In this document: positions 21,851 through 31,479 of the stretch, piece by piece
Layout: each line of letters opens with the position of its first letter
Position numbering within the stretch: position 1 is the stretch's first letter
Assembly (NCBI GenBank): GCA_963719315.1
Contig: CAVRBU010000011.1
Location: 96,001 to 160,000 of the forward strand
DNA length: 64,000 bases
Source: an uncultured Planctomycetota bacterium
GTDB lineage: Bacteria; Planctomycetota; Planctomycetia; Pirellulales; Lacipirellulaceae
Direction of reading: 5' to 3'
Notes under the pieces: generated by a model
The model's database searches: none
Seen by the model: the letters and a program-made list of their open reading frames with translations, nothing else
What the model was told of the DNA's origin: nothing
Made by a program: the position numbers and the translations under genes

Positions 21851-23061
21851 TCATTCCGCAAGTAGCCGCTGGCGGAAGCCAGCGGTTTCCCCAATATGAT
21901 GCTACTCAATTCAATCCACCCGCCGCCCAGCACGCGCTCACTTTGCTCCGCGTCATAACACACCGCCGCCTGCCCCGGCGTCACCGCAAACTGCGGCTCA
22001 TCAAATCGCACGTGCAGCCGTCCCTCTGAAAGCACCGTCATCACGCCCGGCTGTGCCGGTGCGTTGTAGCGGATTTGAGCGAAGCAGCGCCGCGGCTCGT
22101 CTATCGCATCGGCAACACACGCATGCTGCCAGTTGCAATTCGCGGCCGTCAACTCATGCCGATCGAGTTCCTTACGGTCACCAATTACGACGCGCCGCGA
22201 CTCTGGTTCGATCCGCACCACAAACTTCCGATCACCCAGCGCCACGCCGAGTCCTCTCCGTTGGCCGACTGTAAAACTTTCAATGCCATCATGTTCGCCG
22301 ACGACGGCGCCGTCGGTCGTGATTAACTCACCCGCTTCGCCCCCCGCGCCACGGCTGCGGACAAACTCGTCGTACCGCCCGCGTGTGACGAAACAAATCT
22401 CCTGGCTATCCTTCTTCTCCGCCACGCGCAGGCCCAACCCAGCCGCGATTCTACGGATCGCTGATTTCTCGAAGCCGCCCACAGGCAGCATCATCCGCGG
22501 AACCAGCTCGCGGCGAATTCCAAACAACACATACGACTGATCCTTCGCCGCATCCACGCCGCGCAGCAGCGACGCCGAGCCATGCGCATTCGATTGCAGC
22601 CGCGCGTAATGTCCTGTCGCCACGTACTCCGCCCCCACGCTATCCGCGTAATCAAACAGCTTGCCGAACTTGATCCAGTTGTTGCACTGCACACAGGGGT
22701 TCGGCGTGCGGCCAGCCGTGTACTCGGCCACGAAGTAGTCGATGATCTGCGCGAACTCGGCCTGCAGATTGAGCGCGTAGAACGGGATGCCGAGCTTGTC
22801 GGCCACGCGGCGGGCGTCCTCGGCGTCGCTGGCCGTGCAGCAGCCTTGTTTGTGGTCGAGACGAGGAACAAGCGGCGAGATGCGAGACCTTGAATTATCT
22901 CGCCCCTCGCTCCTCGCCCCTCGCTCCTCCACGCTACACACCGGCGACGCCTCCCCATGGCGCATGAAGACCCCGATCACGTCGTGGCCCTGCTCGACGA
23001 GCAGATGGGCCGCGACGCTGGAATCGACTCCGCCACTCATGGCCAGTACAACGCGGGACAT
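21847..23061 (-). CDS. mnmA: tRNA-specific 2-thiouridylase MnmA
   Basis: AMSGGVDSS, TPNPCVQCN, ATGHYA, KDQSY, DSQEICF, PGQAAV. Confidence 0.97.
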   Translation of the reverse strand: MSRVVLAMSGGVDSSVAAHLLVEQGHDVIGVFMRHGEASPVCSVEERGARSEGRDNSRSRISPLVPRLDHKQGCCTASDAEDARRVADKLGIPFYALNLQAEFAQIIDYFVAEYTAGRTPNPCVQCNNWIKFGKLFDYADSVGAEYVATGHYARLQSNAHGSASLLRGVDAAKDQSYVLFGIRRELVPRMMLPVGGFEKSAIRRIAAGLGLRVAEKKDSQEICFVTRGRYDEFVRSRGAGGEAGELITTDGAVVGEHDGIESFTVGQRRGLGVALGDRKFVVRIEPESRRVVIGDRKELDRHELTAANCNWQHACVADAIDEPRRCFAQIRYNAPAQPGVMTVLSEGRLHVRFDEPQFAVTPGQAAVCYDAEQSERVLGGGWIELSSIILGKPLASASGYLRND

Positions 23062-23146
23062 ACTGCGAGTCTAGACCCGCGCCTAACGAGCGACAAGGAT
23101 GCCCCTCGTCGCGGCAGCACTCGGCCAGTATAATTCGCCGCAGCAC

Positions 23147-23212
23147 GTAGGTCAGGCTTCAGCCTGACAGAACTAACCAGATCACAGCTTGTCAGGCTGA
23201 AGCCTGATCTAC
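23147..23212. repeat. GTAG-type REP doublet
   Basis: GTAGGTCAGGCTTCAGCCTGAC...GTCAGGCTGAAGCCTGATCTAC. Confidence 0.85.
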
Positions 23213-23221
23213 GGGAACATC

Positions 23222-24337
23222 ATGGAAAAAGAATACGTCGATCGCGCCAAGGCCATCCGCGAGGGCATCCTCCAACTCCGAGACTCTCTTTGACTGGGAC
23301 GCCAAACGCGCTCGAATTCAAGAGATCGACGCCCAGATGGCTGCGCCCGATTTTTGGAACAACCAGGAACGGGCCCAAGCAATCGTCGAAGAACGGAAGT
23401 CGCTCTCTTCCGTCTTCACGCCGCTCGATAACGCCGTGAAGTCGAGCGACGATCTGGCCGCCATGATGGAAATGGCGACCGAGGACGAATCGTTCGCGGC
23501 CGAAGTACCGGCCGAAGTCGCCCGCCTGGAAGAGGTCGTCGAAAAGCTCAAGCTCAAGGCGCTGCTCAACGGCCGGCACGATGCGCTCGGCGCGATCATG
23601 TCGATCAACGCCCGGGACGGCGGCACCGACGCCAACGACTGGGCCGAGATGCTGCTCCGCATGTACATGCAATGGGCCCAGAAAAACGGCTACTCGATCG
23701 AGTTGCTTGAGCGACAAGACAGCGAGCAGGCCGGCATCAGCCACGCCGCGATCGCCATTCGCGGTCCGATGGCCTACGGATACTTGCGCGGCGAGACCGG
23801 CATGCACCGCCTTGTGCGAATCAGCCCGTTCAACGCCGAAGGTAAACGGCAAACTAGCTTCGCGGCGGTCGACGTATCGCCGGAGATCCCCGATTCAGCC
23901 GAGGTCGAGATCGACCCGGAGGAAGTACGCGAGGACGTCTTCCGCGCGAGCGGCGCCGGCGGCCAGCACGTCAACAAGACCTCCAGCGCGATTCGCCTCA
24001 CGCACTTGCCGACGAATATCGTCGTGCAGTGCCAGAGCGAGCGGTCGCAGCACAAAAATCGGGCCACGGCCTGGAAGATGCTTCGCGCGCGAATCGCGCG
24101 GGCCGAGGAAGAAAAACGCGAAGCGGCCGAGGCGGTGAAGTACCAGCAGCAAGCCAAAGTCGGCTTCGGCTCGCAGATCCGCAACTACTTCCTGCACCCC
24201 GACCAACGCGTGAAAGACGCCCGCACGAAGTACCAGCAAGGCAATTTTCACAACGTCTTGGACGGCGACATCCAGGGCTTTTTAGACGCCGTCCTCCGCT
24301 GCGCGCGGGGCAGCCGGTCGCGGATGATGATGAGTAA
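23222..24337 (+). CDS. prfB: Peptide chain release factor 2, programmed +1 frameshift at CTT-TGA-C (23288-23294)
   Basis: ATG at 23222 gives 23 codons then TGA; the +1 frame has SPF and GGQ. A further apparent indel lies near 24300. Confidence 0.96.
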
Positions 24338-24357
24338 GCGCTCGGTCCAATTCGGGT

Positions 24358-25167
24358 TTACGACGCCTTCTTCACCGGCGTATCCTTCCCTGTATCGTGA
24401 TCGTGAAAATACGGCTCGCGCACGCGCGTGCCCACGAGCGGCTTGAGTTCCCGGACCCAAATGTTGCGATATCGCACGGGGTTCCCGTGGTTTTGCAAGT
24501 GGATCGGCTCTTTGCCGTGCTTCTCGTAATGGGGCGACTTGTTAAACGGCGTGATTCCCTCCAGGGCGAAGTGATTGAGCGTCAGCACACCGTTGTGGAG
24601 CACCGTGATGTACGCCGGCGACTCCAGTCCGCCATCGTCTTTGAACTTCGGCGCGTTCCAGACGATGTCGTACGTGTTCCACTCGCCGGGCGGCCGCATG
24701 ACATTGACCATCGGCGGCTGTTGCTTGTAGACCGCGCTCGCCTGCCCGTCGAAGTACGTTTTGTTGTCGTACGAATCGAGCACCTGCAACTCGTAACGGT
24801 CCATCAGAAACACGCCGCTGTTGCCGCGCCCCTGGCTGGTGCCCTCGGCCGGCACTGGGGCCGACCATTCCACATGCAGTTGGCAATCGCCGAATTTCTG
24901 CTTCGTCGTGATGTCCGTGTCCTTCACGATCGCCACGCCGTCCTTCACGATCCACTTATCACCATTTTCCCAAGCGGAAAGATCCTTGCCATCGAACAAC
25001 ACGATCGCATCCGACGGCGGGTCTGCGTCCGTCTTGCCCGGCGTAACGATCGGCGGCTCCGGCCACTTGATGCCGCTCAAGTATTCGCCTTGGGCCAAAC
25101 AGTCCGTCGTGGCGATCATCGCCCCAGCCATCATCAGTGTCGTTGCAAAAAATTGTTTGAGTGTCAT
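24358..25167 (-). CDS. DUF1080 (3-keto-disaccharide hydrolase-like) protein
   Basis: PPSDAIVLFDGKDL, GRGNSGVF, YELQVLDS, LQNHG. Confidence 0.9.
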   Translation of the reverse strand: MTLKQFFATTLMMAGAMIATTDCLAQGEYLSGIKWPEPPIVTPGKTDADPPSDAIVLFDGKDLSAWENGDKWIVKDGVAIVKDTDITTKQKFGDCQLHVEWSAPVPAEGTSQGRGNSGVFLMDRYELQVLDSYDNKTYFDGQASAVYKQQPPMVNVMRPPGEWNTYDIVWNAPKFKDDGGLESPAYITVLHNGVLTLNHFALEGITPFNKSPHYEKHGKEPIHLQNHGNPVRYRNIWVRELKPLVGTRVREPYFHDHDTGKDTPVKKAS

Positions 25168-25292
25168 CGATGTACCTCGGTGCGGAAAAAAATGCAAATC
25201 TCGGGATTGAAATCAGTTTTTGTGAACAGGAGGAACGCCTGAGCTAGATGATTATGAGTTGGGGCGCGGCGGCGGGCAACTGACTCCCCACG

Positions 25293-25358
25293 CGTAGCGG
25301 AATTCGCAATAATTCCGCTTCTGAGAGTTAAGGACTGAAGTCTTGCGACTTCAGCTAC
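25293..25358. repeat. Degenerate GTAG-type REP doublet
   Basis: GTAGCGGAATTCGCAATAATTCCG...CTGAAGTCTTGCGACTTCAGCTAC. Confidence 0.65.
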
Positions 25359-25451
25359 ATTTTAAATCTTGCTCGCCTGCCGATTTTGGGCGAAAATGGC
25401 CCAACTTTCGACACGGCATGTCCACATTCAAGCCTTTGGATCGAACTCGCG

Positions 25452-26186
25452 ATGTTTTCCGACCAGATTGAAAAGATGAAGAGCGAGTACACGGACAAGT
25501 TCGTCGTCGTCGACGGAACGCGGCCAGAACTGGCCCGGTTCCGCGATCTGGTCGGCAGGGTGAAGACCGTGAATATGAGCGGCCGCGCCCTGGTCGAGTT
25601 CGACGATTATCACCTCAACATCGGCTGGTACGACATAGCCCCCGAGTTCCTGAAGGTCGTCGATAAACCTCCGCCGAAGGCGCCAAAGCCGGAGGCCAAG
25701 AAGGCAGCGCCCAAGGCCGCTCCCGCCAAGAAACCCGCCGGCGCGGTCGCTTCGGCGACCGTGCCCGCTCCGGCCAAATCCGGCAAACTCTCCGTTGCTG
25801 AAATGCTCGCCGCCGCCCGTGCTGGCGCAAAACCCGGCGAGCCCGCTTCAGCGGGCGGGAAACCCGCCGCTCCCGCTAAAACAAAAGCCGCTTCACCGCC
25901 CGCCGCTGCCAAACCGGCAACGAAAGTCGATCGCTCGAAAATGAGCGTCGCCGACATGCTAGCCGCCGCCCGCGCCGGCGGCGCGGCGGGAGCCGCTCCC
26001 GCGGCGTCGAAAGCGACCGCTGCGCCAGCCGCGGCGACGGAAGATGCCGAAGAAGAATGCGCACCGATCCCGGCGCCCGCAGAAAAAACCGCTGCACCCG
26101 CTGCCAAGTCGAGCGAAAAAATCGACAAGTCAAAAATGTCGATCGACGATATCGTCGCCTGGTGCCGCCAGCACGATTCCAAGTAA
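25452..26186 (+). CDS. Hypothetical protein: small N-terminal domain + PAK-rich linkers with three repeated helices
   Basis: KLSVAEMLAAAR, KMSVADMLAAAR, KMSIDDIVAWCR. Confidence 0.75.
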   Translation: MFSDQIEKMKSEYTDKFVVVDGTRPELARFRDLVGRVKTVNMSGRALVEFDDYHLNIGWYDIAPEFLKVVDKPPPKAPKPEAKKAAPKAAPAKKPAGAVASATVPAPAKSGKLSVAEMLAAARAGAKPGEPASAGGKPAAPAKTKAASPPAAAKPATKVDRSKMSVADMLAAARAGGAAGAAPAASKATAAPAAATEDAEEECAPIPAPAEKTAAPAAKSSEKIDKSKMSIDDIVAWCRQHDSK

Positions 26187-26337
26187 TCGTGAGTGCCATG
26201 CTCTCGCGAGGCCGCCGAGCGTGCAGGCGCTGGGTGCCATGCTCTCGCGAAACGCGGACATGCCCACACTCGCCAATCCGCTTTGCCGTTTCGCGTGAGC
26301 ATGTTTCGGCGAGCGAAGGCGTGCCACCCGCCCATTA

Positions 26338-27984
26338 CTACGCGCGCGGCTTAGCGGCCGGTGCCTTGCTCTCGGGCTCCGCCGCAGCGGGGTGCTCCGC
26401 GCCATTCACTTGGCCATTGGCGACAGCCGTCGCCCCATCCTCGCCGGCCAGCTTCGCCAGGCTCGTCGGAATCTCGACACCGCCGATATCGCGCATCACT
26501 TGCAGCATCGGCGGCAGCGAGCCGGCCATCTTGTGGAGGAAGTCGGCCGTGTTCGAGCGGCCATTCGAGCCGCCGTTTTCCCACACAATGATCTTATCGA
26601 ACTTTATGTTGCTGATCGCCTTCGCGCTGCTCTCGGCCAATTTATCGAGGTGCTCCAACATCATCAATTGAAATGCCTGCTGAGCGCCGCCGCACGCTTC
26701 GACGATCTGCTTTAAGCCCTCGCCCTTCTTGGCCAGGATTTCATATTGGCCGCGGGCCTCCGCTTCCAGCTTGGCAAAGATGGCCGACGCCTCGCCTTGA
26801 GCTTCCAGCTTGCGCTTTTCCGCCTCGGCCTCGGCGTCCACCAAAATCCGCGCCTTCTGAGCCTTGGCCGGCGCTTCGAGTTTGGCCCGCTGCTCGGCCT
26901 CGACGCGTTCCGCTTCGGCGAGCGCCGCCTTGGCCATCGCCCGGTTCTGCACTTCGATAACGGCCGCTTCGGCCTCTCGCTTACGACCTTCGCCGCGCTC
27001 GTACGCCTCGGCCTTCTGCTCGAGCAACGTAGCCTGCGACTGCGCGACCCGGGCGTCGGCAATGTTTTCGCCGTCGACCGCCTTGGCATTCGCCTCGGCC
27101 ACCGCAATGCGCTTGGCCTGCTCCGCTTGCTTCACGGAGACATCGCGCTGGAATGCCGCCGTTTGCTCGCCGACCGTTTGCTCTTTTTCCAACTCGGCCA
27201 CGCGCACGGCCTGCTCCCGGCTGGCCTCGCGCGTGCCGATCTCGCGTTGCTTGGTGGCGTTGGCCACCTGCACGACCTTGTCTCGGTCGGCGCCCGCGAT
27301 GCGAATTTCGCCCTCTTTCACCTCGTCGGCCACATCCGCACGGGCCTGTTGAATGGCCTGCGACGCTGCCTTCTGGCCGATCGCGTCGATGTACCCGCTT
27401 TCGTCCTGAATATCGGTGATATTGACGTTAATCAGCACCAGGCCGATTTTCTTGAGTTCCGGCTCAACCGAATTCTGAATGTGCTGCAGGAACGTGTCGC
27501 GGTCGCGGTTGATGTCCTCGATCCGCATCGAAGCGATCACTTGGCGAAGTTGGCCGAAGATGATTTCCTCGGCCTGCTTGCGGATTTCATCCGTATTGAG
27601 ATCCAACAGGCGGATCGCGGCGTTCGTCATCACGTCCGGCTGTGTGCCGACGGCCACGGTGAACACGCTCGGCACGTTGACGCGGATGTTTTCCATCGAC
27701 AACGCCCCACGCAGCGGGATTTCGATTTGGATTGGCTCCAGGCTCAGGTAGTTGTAATCCTGGATCAGCGGCCACACGAATGCGGCCCCGCCGTGTACCG
27801 TTTTGGCCGCTTCGCCTTTGGTCGTGCGGCCGAAGATCACCAATACCTGGTTGCTGGAGCAACGCTTGTAGTTGGCCTTCAGCACGATCAGCAAGGTGAG
27901 GAACGCGATGGCGACGAAAAACGCAAGCACTGCGCCGCCAACGAGCAACGCGGGGGGGAGGTCAGCTAAAATAATGTGAGACAT
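26338..27984 (-). CDS. Flotillin/SPFH-domain protein
   Basis: N-terminal TM, GGAAFVWP, GQLRQVIA, AEA-rich coiled coil. Confidence 0.92.
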   Translation of the reverse strand: MSHIILADLPPALLVGGAVLAFFVAIAFLTLLIVLKANYKRCSSNQVLVIFGRTTKGEAAKTVHGGAAFVWPLIQDYNYLSLEPIQIEIPLRGALSMENIRVNVPSVFTVAVGTQPDVMTNAAIRLLDLNTDEIRKQAEEIIFGQLRQVIASMRIEDINRDRDTFLQHIQNSVEPELKKIGLVLINVNITDIQDESGYIDAIGQKAASQAIQQARADVADEVKEGEIRIAGADRDKVVQVANATKQREIGTREASREQAVRVAELEKEQTVGEQTAAFQRDVSVKQAEQAKRIAVAEANAKAVDGENIADARVAQSQATLLEQKAEAYERGEGRKREAEAAVIEVQNRAMAKAALAEAERVEAEQRAKLEAPAKAQKARILVDAEAEAEKRKLEAQGEASAIFAKLEAEARGQYEILAKKGEGLKQIVEACGGAQQAFQLMMLEHLDKLAESSAKAISNIKFDKIIVWENGGSNGRSNTADFLHKMAGSLPPMLQVMRDIGGVEIPTSLAKLAGEDGATAVANGQVNGAEHPAAAEPESKAPAAKPRA

Positions 27985-28008
27985 GGTTTTTCTCCGAAGA
28001 GCCGCGAC

Positions 28009-28662
28009 CTAGCAGGCCGCCGGTTCGTTTTCGACGGTCTGCGCTACGCGGCGCACCGAGACCGTATCGCTATTCTTGATGCCGACAACTTCAACTTTTT
28101 CACCCGTCTTTAGCGGCTCGGCGTTATCGGTCACCGCTTGATATTCTACGATGCGGTTCTGCATCGAAAGCTGCACTTTGCCGGCCCCTTTGCCGGTTGC
28201 CGGGATCGGAACGTAAACGGTGGCCACGAGGCCCACCGCGTTGCCGATTCGTTCGTTGCCGGCCGAGCCCAGCCCGGCGATTAATCCTAACAACCAGTAC
28301 ATGCCGTACATTGCGAACGCCCCGGCGACGACTGCAAACAAGAGCGATGTTGTGGCCGGGAAGCCGGCATCCAGCGTCGCCAAGCCGGTCACTCCGAAAA
28401 ACGCCGCGGCTGCCACGAGCGTTTTGAACGATACGATCGCAAACAAATGCGTGCTATCCGGATGATCGGCATTGCCATGCGCGTCGCCGGCGTGATCGAC
28501 ATGAAAATCGTCGCCCACGTGCGCGTCGCCGTGGAAATCGCCGCCCAGGTGGTGGCCCATATCGGCCCCATCGTGACCCATGCCCACCAAGGCGAGCACG
28601 AACTGACACACGAGGATCGTACCACCTACCACTGCCGCAACAAGATAAATCGCACTTAACAT
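28009..28662 (-). CDS. NfeD-like membrane protein (flotillin partner)
   Basis: TM helices, His/Asp-rich loop, C-terminal OB-like VYVPIP..GAGKVQ; directly upstream of flotillin. Confidence 0.82.
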   Translation of the reverse strand: MLSAIYLVAAVVGGTILVCQFVLALVGMGHDGADMGHHLGGDFHGDAHVGDDFHVDHAGDAHGNADHPDSTHLFAIVSFKTLVAAAAFFGVTGLATLDAGFPATTSLLFAVVAGAFAMYGMYWLLGLIAGLGSAGNERIGNAVGLVATVYVPIPATGKGAGKVQLSMQNRIVEYQAVTDNAEPLKTGEKVEVVGIKNSDTVSVRRVAQTVENEPAAC

Positions 28663-28827
28663 ACGAAGATTCCCCCGCGTTCATTGCCAGCGATGAGACC
28701 GCCCCGGCCGTTCATTGTAGCCGTTCGGGAGTGCCGCTGCGAAGCAGCCTGCCGTTCGCGCAGGTCACACGTATTTAAGTGCAATTCGCCTGTGGTCCCG
28801 AAATATTGGCAAAAAACGCCGTCGCCC

Positions 28828-28949
28828 GGTGGTGTCCTAATTTGCGGTACAACAAGCTTGTAGCACGGACTTTAGTCCGTGATTCTTGTACGGACTGATG
28901 TCCGTGCTACAAAGTTCCGGTTCGAACGGTGCCAAATTAGGACACCACC
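28828..28949. repeat. Nested palindromic element
   Basis: Outer GGTGGTGTCCTAATTT/AAATTAGGACACCACC encloses a GTAG REP doublet at 28860-28910. Confidence 0.8.
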
Positions 28950-29015
28950 CGCCGTCCATCCGCGGTGACGTAGACCACAGTCGCGGTTAGAATGTAAGCG
29001 TGCTAGACCAACATC

Positions 29016-29240
29016 ATGGAAATCGGGAGTGGGAACATGTCGCCCCTGTCTAGACCACCGATCGTCCCAATTGAATTCGCCGGCAAATGGATTGCCTGGG
29101 ACTTCGACGAACGACACATCATTGCAAGCGGTCGTTCATACAGAGAAGTCCGGACGGCTGCCGAGCAAACCGGCGAATGTCGGCCAGTTCTTGAAAAGGT
29201 TTCCGATGCTAAAGTGCGTTTCATTGGCGGACACCGATGA
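29016..29240 (+). CDS. DUF5678-like small protein
   Basis: EFAGKWIAW...IIASG.SY.EV pattern. Confidence 0.7.
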   Translation: MEIGSGNMSPLSRPPIVPIEFAGKWIAWDFDERHIIASGRSYREVRTAAEQTGECRPVLEKVSDAKVRFIGGHR

Positions 29241-29707
29241 AATGGAACTATCGTAAAAGTGAAGTCGAATGCTCGCGCATTTGTCCGTCCGGCATCGTGT
29301 ACCGTCCGGTGGCGCGGCTGCGGATTGGCGGGTCCAACGGCAACGCATATCTTCGGGCCCTAATCGACACAGGAGCGGACCATACCTTGGTTCCGTTTTC
29401 CATTGCGGAAGATGTCGGGGCTGAGCTGTTCGAGGACGAACACAATTCTGTCGAAGGAATCAGCGGCCATGAAATCGCCGTTGTTCCAGGACGCGTCCAG
29501 TTGGAGCTACTCGACGACAGCGATTCGCTTCAATGGACGGCAATTATCGGATTTGCCAAATTCGCCTCGCCAGACGATGAATGCAGCGTGCTTGGCCATG
29601 CAGGCTGCCTGGAGTACTTTCTCGCAGCGTTCGATGGAGCGGGCCGCGCCGTCGAGCCAACGCTGCGTGGCGATCTACCACAAACCAGCAACGGCGACGA
29701 CGCTTAA
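29237..29707 (+). CDS. Retropepsin-like (clan AA) aspartic protease
   Basis: ALIDTGAD catalytic motif, flap GISG, VLG motif; ATGA overlap with the upstream gene. Confidence 0.8.
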   Translation: MKWNYRKSEVECSRICPSGIVYRPVARLRIGGSNGNAYLRALIDTGADHTLVPFSIAEDVGAELFEDEHNSVEGISGHEIAVVPGRVQLELLDDSDSLQWTAIIGFAKFASPDDECSVLGHAGCLEYFLAAFDGAGRAVEPTLRGDLPQTSNGDDA

Positions 29708-29976
29708 GTATCTTCTTTTTCGCCGACGTCGACCTTCGACCAATCGATGTGGTCGTTCTCTTCCTGAACCTTGGCGAGGATATCCTTCGCCTTTGCCAGA
29801 TCCTGCTCGGCGACCATGATGTCGACCCAGTTCCACGGGCCGGCCCGCAGGCCAGAGGTGTACTCGTCCGATTCTGCGCGAATGCCTTCGTCTTCGAGCG
29901 CCGCGATTACGATCGCCGCCTCGGTTTCGCTGGGCACGCGGGTCAACGTCGCCGTAATTTCAAGTGGATCGCTCAT
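29704..29976 (-). CDS. DUF2007-like putative signal-transducing protein
   Basis: ETEAAIVIAALEDEGIRA...IMVAEQDLAKAKDIL. Confidence 0.75.
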   Translation of the reverse strand: MSDPLEITATLTRVPSETEAAIVIAALEDEGIRAESDEYTSGLRAGPWNWVDIMVAEQDLAKAKDILAKVQEENDHIDWSKVDVGEKEDT

Positions 29977-30106
29977 GACGATATTGTAGCAGGCACCGGG
30001 CCACCCGGTAGCCGGTGAAACCGAATCCAGGGCCGGAGTACCGTAGCCATAACATGTAAACGGCCGGCGCCAAAGGATAGTTACGGCACGCGGAGCGTGC
30101 CTACTA

Positions 30107-31375
30107 CTATGCAAACAACTCTGGAATCACGTGCCCGCCGCCGGCGATCTTCATCGGCCGGCCGTTCTTGGCCGTGTACGTCGCCTGCAGCGAGATATCG
30201 AGCGCGCGGCACACGCTGGCCATCAGGTCTTCCGACGAGAACGGGTCGCTATCGACGCCCGTGCCGTCCGCGTTCGTCTTGCCGATGGCCCGGCCACCTT
30301 TGACGCCGGCCCCGCCAAGTACCACGCTCCACGCCCGGGCGAAGTGATCGCGGCCCGAATCGCCGTTGATTCGCGGCGTGCGGCCGAACTCGCCCATGCA
30401 CAACACGACCGTGCTCTCCAGCAACCCCCGCCGATTCAAGTCGTCGATCAGCGCCGCGAACGCCTTGTCGAGTTCCGGCAGCTTGTTTTTGAGCGACGTA
30501 AAGCAACCCTTGTGCAAGTCCCAGCCGCCGGAGTTTACTTCCACGAATGGCACGCCCACTTCCACCAATCGCCGGGCCATCAAACAACCGCGACCGAAGT
30601 TGTTGTCGCCGTACTTTTCGAGCATGTCTTTCGGCTCACTCCGTACCTGGAAGGCCTTCATCTGCTCGCTGGTGAGCAGCTCCTGCGTCTTCTTGAGCAC
30701 CTTGGCGTGCTCCGCGGCGGCCGAGCCGCGGCGCTCGTCGATGAACCGCGACTCCAGCGCCCCGAGCAGTTTCATCCGGTCGTACATCCGCTGCCACGGC
30801 ACACTCATCTCCACGTCTTTGATCCGCCCATTGGCATCCACCTGGAACGGCGCGTACGCCATGCCCAAGAAGCCGGGCCCTTCGCTCCCGCCGCCGATCG
30901 AAACGAATGGCGGAATCTCAAGCTCCTGCGTCTTCGTTTCCATTTCGTGTGCCACGACCGACCCGTAGCTGGGGTGCTCGACGTTCGGGCTGGGCACGTA
31001 AGCGGTGTGCATATAATAGCGCCCGCGCTCGTGATCGGCTTCGCGGGTGCTCATCGACCGCACGATCGAGAGGTGCTTTCCTTGCTCGGCGAGCAACGGC
31101 ATCAGCTCGTTGATCTGAAAATCGCCGGTCGTCGAAATCGGCTTGTACTCGCCGGCCGTCGGTGCGCCTGGTTTCATATCCCACATATCGATCGACGGCG
31201 GCCCGCCCCCAAGCCACAGCAGAATCGCCGACTTGTGGTTCTTACTTAGCGACTGGGCGTTGGCCCGCATCGTGCGCGTGAGCGCAAACGCTGGCCCCAT
31301 AAATGCCGACGCTCCCGCCAAATGACGCATAAAATGCCGGCGCGACATGCCATCAGGAACTTCGCAACAATTCAT
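30107..31375 (-). CDS. DUF1501 protein (Tat signal)
   Basis: SRRHF, GGPPSIDMWD, GWDLH, GEFGRTPRIN, GRDH. Confidence 0.92.
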   Translation of the reverse strand: MNCCEVPDGMSRRHFMRHLAGASAFMGPAFALTRTMRANAQSLSKNHKSAILLWLGGGPPSIDMWDMKPGAPTAGEYKPISTTGDFQINELMPLLAEQGKHLSIVRSMSTREADHERGRYYMHTAYVPSPNVEHPSYGSVVAHEMETKTQELEIPPFVSIGGGSEGPGFLGMAYAPFQVDANGRIKDVEMSVPWQRMYDRMKLLGALESRFIDERRGSAAAEHAKVLKKTQELLTSEQMKAFQVRSEPKDMLEKYGDNNFGRGCLMARRLVEVGVPFVEVNSGGWDLHKGCFTSLKNKLPELDKAFAALIDDLNRRGLLESTVVLCMGEFGRTPRINGDSGRDHFARAWSVVLGGAGVKGGRAIGKTNADGTGVDSDPFSSEDLMASVCRALDISLQATYTAKNGRPMKIAGGGHVIPELFA

Positions 31376-31479
31376 AGCAGAACCCCGACTCAATTGTCCG
31401 TGGTCAATTGTCCGTGGTCCGTGGCAAGAAGTCTCGTCCTCTACAACAACGGACCACGGACCACGGCCAACTGACATCT

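Noticed and set aside
26746..27969. 407-aa + strand ORF
   Set aside because: Antisense shadow of flotillin in GC-rich DNA.
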